From the NCBI GenBank assembly GCA_963849325.1, contig CAWKHF010000002.1:160001-224000 (forward strand): a DNA stretch of 64,000 nucleotides, in the 5' to 3' direction. Below, piece by piece: positions 22,743 to 31,685 of the stretch. The stretch is from an uncultured Planctomycetota bacterium. GTDB taxonomy: Bacteria > Planctomycetota > Planctomycetia > Gemmatales > Gemmataceae. The translations under genes were made by a program, and so were the position numbers. A model generated the notes under the pieces. It was not told the origin of the DNA, did no database searches, and saw only the letters and a list, made by a program, of their open reading frames with translations. Each line of letters starts with the position of its first letter. The stretch's first letter is position 1.

Positions 22743-22900
22743 ACCTTGGCGATTCGACGTACTCGACAGACCGCGAATCGTCGCCGATTGTCCTCCGCTT
22801 TCGGCCGAATCGCAAGCAACAAATCGGCGGTTCGGACTGCCCTTCCGCCGCTGCGGCGCTGAGTTTATCATCGCGGTGGAGGAGTTGAGCCATGCGCACG

Positions 22901-23596
22901 ATGTCCGCACCACAAGCTACCCCCCTGAAAAACGGTGTTCCGTTGCTGGCCAACGGCGATCGCATGAAACAACCCGAGTTCCACCGTCGCTACTTGGCTT
23001 CTCCCGATGACGTCAAGTTTGAATTGATCGAAGGGATCGTTTACATGGCATCGCCCCTGCGCTGGAAGCACGGAAACTACAGCCAGGAATTGAGCCTCGT
23101 CTTTGGTCTCTACCGGGCCGCCACCACCGGCGTCGAAGCGGGCGATAACGCCACCATCCTTCTGGGCGAGGAGAGCGAACCGCAACCGAACCTCGTCTTG
23201 CGTATCCTTCCGGAGTATGGCGGTCAATCGCGCCTGGAGGAGGAGTACGATGCGCGGGCCCCGGAGTTGCTGGCGGAGATCGCCTACAGCTCGCGAGCCA
23301 TCGACCTGAATCAAAAACGAAATGATTATGAGCACAATGGCGTCGTGGAATATTTGGTACTGTCCATCGAGGACCAGGAACTACACTGGTTCCATTTCCC
23401 TTCGGCGAAGATGATCCGGCCGAATCGTCAGGGCGTGTCGCGTTCCCTGGTCTTTCCGGGGTTGTGGATCGAGAACCAGTCCTTGCTGGCCCGTAATACC
23501 GCGCGTCAGATTGACGTGGTGCGGCAAGGTCTCGCCAGCCGGGAACACGCCGTGTTTGTCAAGCGTTTGCAAGCCGCTCACCGCAAGCATTCCTGA
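22901..23596 (+). CDS. Uma2 family endonuclease-like protein (copy 1)
   Basis: KFELIEGIVYMASP, EPQPNL, PELLAEIAYSS, GVVEYLV. Confidence 0.88.
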   Translation: MSAPQATPLKNGVPLLANGDRMKQPEFHRRYLASPDDVKFELIEGIVYMASPLRWKHGNYSQELSLVFGLYRAATTGVEAGDNATILLGEESEPQPNLVLRILPEYGGQSRLEEEYDARAPELLAEIAYSSRAIDLNQKRNDYEHNGVVEYLVLSIEDQELHWFHFPSAKMIRPNRQGVSRSLVFPGLWIENQSLLARNTARQIDVVRQGLASREHAVFVKRLQAAHRKHS

Positions 23597-23611
23597 AAAG
23601 GTAACGTCGTC

Positions 23612-24322
23612 ATGAGAGCCTTCTCCACTCCTCACTCGGTTCGCGCGACCAAGAAACCGCTTGAGCCACTCGTCAACGGCGAGCGCATGAAGCAGCCAGA
23701 GTTCCACCGCCGTTACGAGGCGTGTCCCGAAGAGGAGAAATGGGAGCTGATTGGAGGTATCGTCTACATGGCCTCGCCGTTAAGACTGGGCCACTCGCGC
23801 CACGATGGCAAAGTTGGTCTCGTCCTGGAACTGTATGAGCTTGCGACGCCCGGGACAGAGGCACTGCACAATGCGACGATGATCCTCGGCGAGGAAAGCG
23901 AACCGCAGCCGGACCTCGGCCTCCGTATCCTTCCGGAATACGGCGGCCAATCGCGGACGACTCCCAATGACTATCTACAAGGTGCTCCCGAACTCCTCGT
24001 CGAAGTGGCTCATAGCCGCCGTGCCCTTGCCATGCACGGCAAACGCGAGGATTACCAACGCACCGGCGTCCTCGAATACCTCGTCGTTTGCTGGCAGGAA
24101 CAGGAAGTTCACTGGTTCCATTTCCCGACGGGCAAGTCGATTGCGCCCAACCGCCAAGGCATCTCTCGTTCGCGTGTCTTTCCGGGATTGTGGCTCGATG
24201 TCGCGGCGCTGCTTCGCCTGGATTCCGCGCGTCTGATGGAAGTGCTTCAGAAAGGTCTCGCCAGCCGCGAGCATGGCGCGTTCGTCAAGCATCTCCAGAC
24301 CGCCCATCGCAAGCATTCCTGA
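23612..24322 (+). CDS. Uma2 family endonuclease-like protein (copy 2)
   Basis: KWELIGGIVYMASP, EPQPDL, PELLVEVAHS, GVLEYLV. Confidence 0.88.
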   Translation: MRAFSTPHSVRATKKPLEPLVNGERMKQPEFHRRYEACPEEEKWELIGGIVYMASPLRLGHSRHDGKVGLVLELYELATPGTEALHNATMILGEESEPQPDLGLRILPEYGGQSRTTPNDYLQGAPELLVEVAHSRRALAMHGKREDYQRTGVLEYLVVCWQEQEVHWFHFPTGKSIAPNRQGISRSRVFPGLWLDVAALLRLDSARLMEVLQKGLASREHGAFVKHLQTAHRKHS

Positions 24323-24327
24323 AGCCA

Positions 24328-25140
24328 TCACGATAATGCCGCGCCGGCACGGTCGCGTTTGCGGCTTCGCTTCTGGCGCCACCAACGCACGCTAATGATC
24401 CACGACGCGCCCATGTACCAGGCAGGGAAGATCAGCGACAAGAGCGACAGACGTCGCGTCGCGTTGTCCGCGGGAACCTCGGGCGGCATCTGCCAAAGGA
24501 GTCCCACCAGCAGCGCGGCCCAGGCGGCGCCCAGCAGACTCGTCACCTGGTTGAGTTTGCCGCGTTGGGTGGGATAGAGATAGCGGCTGGGAACGAACGT
24601 CAGCAGGGAGAGGACGATGAGGACGCCAAGCGAGAGCCAGGCCGGCAGCGGCTGGAGCGTGTACAGGTAGAAGGCGACGAGGTTCCAGTACGAAGGAAAA
24701 CCGAGGAAATAGCCATCGTCGGTCTTGACCGCGACCTGGCAGAAGCCGTAGGCGCTGGCCAGTAGCGGCAGAAGCAAACAGACCTCGCAGCTCGAAGGCA
24801 GGAGGCGGGCACGCCAGATCAGCAGCAGCGGCAGACAGGTGTAGGTGAGAAAGTCCACCAGGTCGTCGAGGCGTCGGCCATCGAAACTGGGCACGACTTC
24901 CTTGATGCGGACGCGGCGCGCGAAGGTGCCGTCGGTGGCGTCGATGAGGGTGGCCGCGACCATGAGCAGGAAGGCGCGGCGAAAGTCGTCTGGCTGACCA
25001 TGCACGAGCAGAGCGGCGATGGACGCGGCCGCGACCAGACCCAGCGCCGTGTACAGGTGGACGCACCAACCCAGACCCTGTCGCCACCAAGCCGGCCGCT
25101 CGGTCGCCGCGCCGGCGGAGGGATCGCCATCGCCAATCAT
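24328..25140 (-). CDS. CDP-alcohol phosphatidyltransferase (phosphatidylcholine synthase-like)
   Basis: VHLYTALG, IDATDGTFAR, DGRRLDDLVDFLTY, FLGFPSYWN. Confidence 0.85.
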   Translation of the reverse strand: MIGDGDPSAGAATERPAWWRQGLGWCVHLYTALGLVAAASIAALLVHGQPDDFRRAFLLMVAATLIDATDGTFARRVRIKEVVPSFDGRRLDDLVDFLTYTCLPLLLIWRARLLPSSCEVCLLLPLLASAYGFCQVAVKTDDGYFLGFPSYWNLVAFYLYTLQPLPAWLSLGVLIVLSLLTFVPSRYLYPTQRGKLNQVTSLLGAAWAALLVGLLWQMPPEVPADNATRRLSLLSLIFPAWYMGASWIISVRWWRQKRSRKRDRAGAALS

Positions 25141-25208
25141 GAAAAAGCTCCCGCGCCCCAATTCTTCTTTGTCTTAGCGATCCTCCTCCATGTAATCTAC
25201 TGAGTGTG

Positions 25209-25282
25209 CCACCTTTCCCGTTCTGAGTGAGTTCTGAGTTCTGTGTGAAAACCGAACTCAGAACTCAGAACGGGAAAGGTGG
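25209..25282. repeat. Inverted heptamer-repeat element (GTTCTGA/AGAACTC family)
   Basis: CCACCTTTCCCGTTCTGAG...CTCAGAACGGGAAAGGTGG; same unit and central GTGAAAA as 4612-4726. Confidence 0.85.
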
Positions 25283-25321
25283 GCGTTGGTGCTCGCCAGG
25301 TTCCCATGCTTGAGGAATGAC

Positions 25322-27890
25322 ATGAAACACCGCTCCTTTGTCGCCGCTCTGGTCCTCGTCGGCGTCGCCGGTCTGGCCCTGCATTACCCGCTCGCCGCGA
25401 TCCGCGATCCGCAGCCGGCCTGGGCCGACGAGGCGCGACCGATCGCGGCGAGCGGAAAGCGGGTAGCGGATCGCGGACAGCGGATGCTGCCGGGCGTCGA
25501 AGCGAGCGGCATGGTCCGCTTGCCCAACCAGTGGGCGCTGCGGCCGGCCGGCCGGCAGGTGCCGCTGGGCGATTTCCCGGTCAACCTCGCCCTGCATCCC
25601 ACGGGACGGTGGCTCGCCGCCCTGCACGCCGGTTACGGCACTCACGAGGTCATCCTCGTCTCGACCCGTGGCAACCCGCCGAAAATCGTCTGCCGCGTGC
25701 CGATCGATCAGGCGTTCTACGGACTCTGTTTCGCCCCGGACGGCAAAACCCTGTTTGCCAGCGGCGGCGAGTTGGAGGTCATCCACGCCTGGACCTTCGA
25801 GGACGGCCTGCTGGCCCGGCATCGCACCCTTCGGACGGCCGAACGGACCAAGACGTTCGTGCCCAGCGGCCTGGCCACGGACGCCGACGGCCGGACGCTG
25901 TTCGCCGCCGGCCTGTGGGGCCATGCCGTCGCCCGGATACCGCTGGACGCTCCCGAGCAGCGCCGCCTGGTGAAGCTGGACAAGGACAGTTATCCCTACG
26001 CCTGCCTTCCCGAGCCGGGCGGCAAGCGTCTGTTCGTCAGCCTGTGGGGCAAGGCCGGCATCGCCGTCCTCGACCTGGAGAGCGATAAGGTCGCCGCCAT
26101 CTGGGCGACGGAGAGTCATCCCACCGAGATGGCCCTGGCGCCCGACGGCAAGACCCTGTACGTCTCCTGCTCCAACTCGACGCGCGTCTGCGTCCTCGAC
26201 GCGGCCCACGACGGCAAGGCGCTGCAAACCATCGCCTGCTCTCTGCATCCCAACGCGCCGTCGGGCAACACGCCGAGCAGCCTGAGTCTGTCGCCGGACG
26301 GCCAACTCCTGTTCGTGGCCAACGCCGACGCCAACAACGTCGCGGTCTTTCAGGTCGCCCAGCGCGGCCAGGCCCAGGCGCTGGGCTTCATCCCGGTTGG
26401 CTGGTATCCGACCTCGGTGCGCTTCGATGCCCAGACGAAGAAGATCTACGTCGCCAACGGCAAAGGTCTGACGTCGCGGGCCAATCCCCAGGGACCCCAG
26501 CCCGGCCGGATGCGCTATACTTCCGTGGAGCAATACATCGCCGCCCTCTTCCGTGGCACGCTCGCCGTCATCGACATGCCGACGCCGGCACAGATGGCCG
26601 TCTACAGCAAGCAGGCGTATGCGTGCAGCCCGCTACGGGCCGACGTCGGCGCCGACCGGCGAGCGACCGGAAGGCAATCCCATCCCAGCCAAGATCGGCG
26701 AGGCCAGTCCCATCAAGCACTGCATCTACATCATCAAGGAGAACCGCACCTACGACCAGGTTTTCGGCGACATGAAAGAGGGCAATGGCGATCCTCATTT
26801 GTGCTTATTCGGCGAAAAAATCACGCCCAACCACCATAAACTGGCCCGCGAGTTTGTTCTGCTGGACAACTTCTACGTCGAGGGTGAGGTTTCGGCCGAC
26901 GGCCACCAGTGGAGCATGGGCGCCTACGCCACGGATTTCGTCGAGAAGGTCTGGCCCTTGTCCTACCGCGGCCGGCCGATCGCCAGTTCGATCAAAAACC
27001 TCAGCCTTTATCCCTCCGAGGGGCACTTCGATTCGATCGCTCGTCCGGCCGGCGGCTACCTGTGGGACCGCGCCGCCGAGGCCGGCGTCAGTTACCGCAG
27101 TTACGGCGAATGGGTCGAGGAGGGCAGGAAGCCCGGCGATCCCGCCAAGGCACGAGTCAAGGCGCTGGAGGGCCACATCGATCCGATGTTCCGCGGCTGG
27201 GACCTCAACTATCTCGACCAGAAGCGGGCCGACCGCTTCATCGAGGAACTGCAACGCTTCGAGCGCGACGGCGGCTTCCCCAGCCTGATCATCCTGCGTT
27301 TGCCAAACGACCACACGTCGGGGACGAAGGTGGGCGCCCCGACGCCGCGCGCCCAGGTGGCCGACAACGACCTGGCGCTGGGCCGGGTCGTCGAAGCCGT
27401 TAGTAACAGCAAGTTCTGGAAGGAGACGGCCATTTTCGTCGTAGAGGACGACGCCCAGAACGGACCCGATCACGTGGACGCCCACCGCAGCGTGGCCCTG
27501 GTCGTCAGTCCCTATACGAAGCGCAACTATGTCGATTCGACGATGTATTCCACCAGCAGCATGTTGCGAACGATGGAACTGATCCTGGGACTGAAGCCGA
27601 TGAGTCAGTTCGACGCGGCGGCTCGGCCGATGTACCACTCGTTCCAGGCCAAGCCGGACACGACCGCCTATCGGCACGTTGTTCCCGAGGTGGACTTGCA
27701 GGAGAAGAACCTGGCGTCCGCCTGGGGGGCGAAGCGGTCGGAGAAGTTCAATTTGGCGAAGGAGGACGCCGCCGACGACCTGCTGCTCAACGAGGTCATC
27801 TGGCGTTCGGTTAAGGGACCGCATTCGCCGATGCCGGCTCCCGTACGCGCCGCCTTCGTTCTGCAACACCCGCGAGAGGACGATGATTAA
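25322..27890 (+). CDS. Secreted YncE/YVTN beta-propeller + phosphoesterase (alkaline-phosphatase-like) protein; frameshift near 26640
   Basis: Propeller repeats (LFVANADANNVAV, IPVGWYPT), then YIIKENRTYDQVFGD, LPNDHT, EDDAQNGPDHVDAHR. Confidence 0.85.
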
Positions 27891-27957
27891 TCGTCCAGCT
27901 GGAGTCTATGACAAGGGACGCAGTCGGAGGGGTTGGGAGTGGTCTCTGGAAGGCAGA

Positions 27958-27991
27958 AAGTCCCTGCCGGTCGATTGACGGACAGGGACTT
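27958..27991 (-). terminator. Hairpin between the convergent phosphoesterase gene and tRNA-Gly
   Basis: AAGTCCCTG...CAGGGACTT stem. Confidence 0.55.
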
Positions 27992-28009
27992 CTTGGTAGG
28001 GGAACGGAG

Positions 28010-28083
<74 letters not shown>

Positions 28084-28266
28084 CAAGGATGGAGAGAGTT
28101 CCTTCTGATCCTCCTCCCAACGAATTATAAAGTGGGTTTCGCCGATTGCAAGGTCGAATTTCTTCCCTCTCCACCCTCTCCGGCAAGCTCCGGGGACAAG
28201 CTTTCGGAGCCGGCAGCGCAGAAAAGGGAGTGTCCCTCGCCCCGCGCCGCCGGCTCCGAAAGAGCC

Positions 28267-28467
28267 TCATTTGTCCTGGCGCTCGGCCCTTTCGGGCAAG
28301 ACCTTGGCCTCCTTCCGGTGTGCCCAGGCTCGACCAATGACGAGCGCTTGCCGGAGGCTGGTCACTGGGATCTTCGACTTGCTGCCGACAGTGAGTCGGC
28401 CCTCTCGGAACTCGTGCAACGCTCTCCGCACCTCGTTCGAGACTTCCGAAGTGTAGGTCCGAATCAT
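28267..28467 (-). CDS. Small DUF6496-like protein
   Basis: EVRRALHEFREGRLTVGSKSKIPVTSLRQALVIG resembles the recalled DUF6496 pattern; GGAG RBS upstream. Confidence 0.6.
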   Translation of the reverse strand: MIRTYTSEVSNEVRRALHEFREGRLTVGSKSKIPVTSLRQALVIGRAWAHRKEAKVLPERAERQDK

Positions 28468-28547
28468 GATCGCTCTCCTACCCTGTTCCGGTGGGCGATC
28501 GTGTGCGGCCGGGCCACTGCCCGGTCGAATAGTTACATTACAGATAG

Positions 28548-28562
28548 AGCAAAGAGCGTGCC
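28548..28562 (-). promoter_or_regulatory. Sigma-54-type promoter core, left copy of the 15-bp direct repeat; upstream of the DUF6496-like gene
   Basis: Minus strand reads (cc)GGCACGCTCTTTGCT, matching the TGGCACG-N4-TTGCW consensus except the first base. Confidence 0.6.
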
Positions 28563-28671
28563 GGCTTTGCCACGAAATTGCCCTCTGTTACGGAATGACG
28601 CCGGGCGGCTTTGTTACGTTTTGCCCTCTTGTTACGGAATGACGCCGGACGGAGCCGGTCTGTTACGGAAT
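28562..28671 (+). repeat. Left-end ~44-bp imperfect tandem repeat with three TGTTACGGAAT motifs
   Basis: Motif at 28586, 28630 and 28661; degenerate TGCCACGAAAT at 28568. Confidence 0.8.
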
Positions 28672-28845
28672 TACAGTAGTGTCTTAAGGTTGCGTTGCAA
28701 TGGCGCGGCTACTACTGGTTTTGCAACGCAATCGCCACTTGCAATTCAGCACGTGGAGACCTGAACGACGCGACCGAAACGGAACCATATGTAGAGGTCG
28801 GGATCGTGTTTTCCGGTTTGAGAATCGCGTCTTGTCGTGATATAC

Positions 28846-29286
28846 CTAGAGGTCTTCGTTCGGATTAGACGCTATCACATTTAGGCCAGCTGGTGCCTCG
28901 CGGGCTATTTCAGCCGGGTTGCCGAGCGTCTGCCGTACTTCCTTCATGGTAAATCCGGCAATCCGTCTTTCCAATTCCTCCACGCTAGGCAAAGTGTCTC
29001 TACTCCGCGAGCGAGTTGCCGTCAGCCACCAACCGATACCGCCAAGACCCATGCAGACCAGTAACAATGTGGCTACACCGCCGACAAGTAGGCGGGGATG
29101 CCGGAACGTCTTCCCTAACGACGTTGCTTGGCTTGTTTCTGTTGCAGGTGGATCGACCCGCACAGCCGTAGGCGGCTTCGGTACAGTTACTTGCTGTTTG
29201 CAGTTACCGCACATCACGGCTTGACCGACGCGCGACGGATCACCAGACAATCGCGTGCCACATTTCGGACAGACGAAGTAGATCAT
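28846..29286 (-). CDS. Zn-ribbon membrane-anchored hypothetical protein (possibly truncated)
   Basis: MIYFVCPKCG...CGNCK, one TM helix, GFTMKEVRQTLGNP; AGGAG RBS upstream. Confidence 0.65.
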   Translation of the reverse strand: MIYFVCPKCGTRLSGDPSRVGQAVMCGNCKQQVTVPKPPTAVRVDPPATETSQATSLGKTFRHPRLLVGGVATLLLVCMGLGGIGWWLTATRSRSRDTLPSVEELERRIAGFTMKEVRQTLGNPAEIAREAPAGLNVIASNPNEDL

Positions 29287-29555
29287 GGATTGTTACTCCT
29301 GACGGGACGAGGCAGATGGAGACCCACGGAGTCATAAGGTATAGCTACATAGAATGTCTAAAATATCTCCTTAGTAGAGCAAGTTCTCCGGCATTGTCTA
29401 TACTCCTCACAGATTCAGGGCTGGACAGAAAGTTTATTCGATAGACGGCGAAATGCAACGGATCAACTGCGGCTACTGTGCCGTTGATCCGTGCTCGGTC
29501 TTTGAGCGGCATTTTCATCTGACCTGAAAAAATTGATTCTTTTGCGAAATCACAC

Positions 29556-29584
29556 TTGACGAAAACAGAATTGCTGCTCACAAT
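29556..29584 (+). promoter_or_regulatory. Sigma-70-like promoter upstream of the tRNA-like gene
   Basis: TTGACG-17 nt-CACAAT. Confidence 0.5.
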
Positions 29585-29585
29585 C

Positions 29586-29623
29586 AAAAAGAAGAAGGCC
29601 GGGAGGTTGCACCCTCCCGGCCT
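29586..29623. terminator. GC-rich hairpin; terminator-like on the minus strand
   Basis: AGGCCGGGAGG-TTGCAC-CCTCCCGGCCT with an A-rich run on its left. Confidence 0.5.
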
Positions 29624-29638
29624 CCGGGGATACGAAGC

Positions 29639-29710
29639 GCCGGGTTCGTCTATTGGTAGGACAGCGGGCTTTAGCCCCGCTTAAGAGGGGTTCGATTCCC
29701 CCACCCGGCA
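29639..29710 (+). tRNA. tRNA-like gene with UUA anticodon (putative ochre suppressor or pseudo-tRNA; Gln/Glu-like body)
   Basis: Acceptor GCCGGGT/ACCCGGC, D arm GTC/GAC, anticodon stem GCGGG/CCCGC with loop CT-TTA-GC, T arm AGGGG-TTCGATT-CCCCC (one mismatch), discriminator A. Confidence 0.8.
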
Positions 29711-29767
29711 TTTCGTTCCTTAATTTTACCAAACGTGGCAACCGCGTCAACCAGAAAGAGGCTCCCA

Positions 29768-30243
29768 TGTCTCCGCGCATCGAAGCCACCGACAAGGATG
29801 GCATTCGGTGGGTGGTTACTGGCAATAGTCATACGGACTTGGAACTTGGCATCACGGCTTTACGAGCCAGTTTTGCCCACAAAGAGGAAGTCGTACCGTC
29901 GCGCCGACGCGGACGACCGCCCAAGAATGGTGTTGCCAAAAGCAACGAAGTTGAGAAGACACGATTGGAAGCAGCCTTGTCCATCCTGCGAGCGATTCAG
30001 AAGGGTGGCGATGCCGGTGCAGATTCATCTTCGCTTCTCTCCGCAACCGGGATCGACAAGCCGGAAGCCAAGGCGCTCGGGCCGATGATGGGGATGCTCG
30101 CCAGAGTCTTACGAGATAATCGTCTGACGCAAAACAAAATCTACATCACAACTGGTTTCAGTCCTAACAAGCGATGGGTTCCGCAAGCGGAAATGAATGA
30201 TGCGATCAAGAAACTGGAAGAAACCATGAAGAATCAACTCTAA
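29768..30243 (+). CDS. Hypothetical protein with AT-hook-like RRRGRPPK motif
   Basis: ATG 29768 preceded by GAGG; open frame to TAA 30243. Confidence 0.6.
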
Positions 30244-30307
30244 ATAGCGACTTGTAAACGCTGGCGATGGCCTAGAATCCGTGCGCCACCAGTCCGGGCT
30301 GTATCGT

Positions 30308-30401
30308 GGAGAGCGGCCCGCGTCTTGGCCGGCGCACTGGCTTTACAAACCAGCGAAGGGACCGGGTTTGCACCCGGCAGGTTCAATTCCCCCGCTCTCC
30401 G
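30308..30401 (+). ncRNA. tRNA-Sec/allo-tRNA-like element with 8-9-bp acceptor stem and long variable arm
   Basis: GGAGAGCG(G)/(C)CGCTCTCC acceptor, G discriminator, D stem GCGTC/GGCGC, anticodon arm CTGG-CTTTACAAA-CCAG, V-arm CCGGGT-TTGC-ACCCGG, T loop GG-TTCAATT-CC. Confidence 0.6.
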
Positions 30402-30586
30402 TCTTTCCGCAATTGATCTTCAGCAGCTTGCAGCAGGATCGGCCGCGCCCACGCGGCCATGTCGCCCCCTGCGCTCAAAGCTGCCTCCATGACGCGGGCC
30501 TTCTGCGCTGGCGTTACCGGGATGCGCAGGTCTACGTCTTTCGCCTCCGCCTTTGGTTTCATCGGTCGCCCGCGTCGTTTCTTCAT
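30383..30586 (-). CDS. Small DNA-binding protein (AT-hook + RHH-like), divergent from the transposase
   Basis: MKKRRGRP...DLRIPVTPAQKARVMEAA....DMAAWARPILLQAAE. Confidence 0.65.
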   Translation of the reverse strand: MKKRRGRPMKPKAEAKDVDLRIPVTPAQKARVMEAALSAGGDMAAWARPILLQAAEDQLRKDGERGN

Positions 30587-31685
30587 GGAAATAAGTGTAG
30601 CAAAAAAAATCTGGATTCAAGCCTCCGGGTTTTTATTGTTGTTTTATTTATACTACAATAAATCAGAGGAGACAGCACTCGCGTTTAAGGGAAATCCCAA
30701 TGAACGCACGCGAAGAACGCGGCCTTGTTATCGCGGCCCTGTGCAAGCTGAACAAGACGCCGGACGGGTGGCTTGTCCCGTCGCAGTCGAACGAGACGAT
30801 CTACCGCGTGAACGTGGAAAAGCAGACCTGCACTTGCCCGGATCACCAAGAGGGTGGGTTCAAGTGCAAGCACCTGTACGCCGTCGAATTCACCGCCAAG
30901 CGGGAAGTCGGCACGGACGGCACCGTGACCGAGACGAAGACGCTGACCTTCACGGAGAAGGTGACGTACAAGCAGGACTGGCCCGCGTACAACCTCGCCA
31001 GAGCATCGAGAAGGACCGCCTGCAAGAACTTCTCTTCGACCTGTGCCGTGGCATCGAAGAACCCGAGCGCAGCGGCAGCGGTCGCAAGCCGCATTCGATG
31101 AAGGACATCGATCTTCGCGTCGGTGTTCAAGGTCTACAGCACGATCAGCAGCCGGCGCTTCTCTTCCGACCTGCGCGAAGCCCACGAACGCGGCTACCTG
31201 TCCAAGCCGATTCCCGGCCTGAAAGTGCCGCAGTTCTTTGAGAACGCGGCCCTCACGCCGATCCTCAAGAGCCTGATCGTCCAGAGCAGCTTGCCGCTCC
31301 GCTCGGTCGAAACGAAGTTCGCCATCGACAGCAGCGGCTTTTCGACCAGCAAGTTCGAGCGCTGGTTCGATCACAAGTACGGCGTCACGCGGCGGCGATG
31401 CACCTGGATCAAGGTCCATATCGCGTGCGGCGTCAAAACGAACGTGGTGACGGCGGTTCGCATTCTGGACAAGGACGCGGCACGACTCCCCGCAGTTCAT
31501 CCCGCTCGTCAAGGAAACGGCCAAGAACTTCACCATCGGCGAAGTGTCGGCGGACAAGGCATACGCCAGCGTGGAGAACTTTGAGACCGTCGCCGAGTGC
31601 GGCGGGACCGGCTTTATGGCCTTCAAGTCGAACACGACCGGCGCGGCCGGCGGACTGTTCCAGAAGATGTTCCACTATTTCCAGT

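Noticed and set aside
28562-28671. Possible mini-CRISPR array
   Set aside because: Only two to three imperfect units, no unique spacers of constant length and no cas genes in the window.
30308-30401. Calling the second RNA a true selC (tRNA-Sec)
   Set aside because: The aligned anticodon is TAC rather than TCA, the T stem is weak and no selA/selB/selD genes are nearby.
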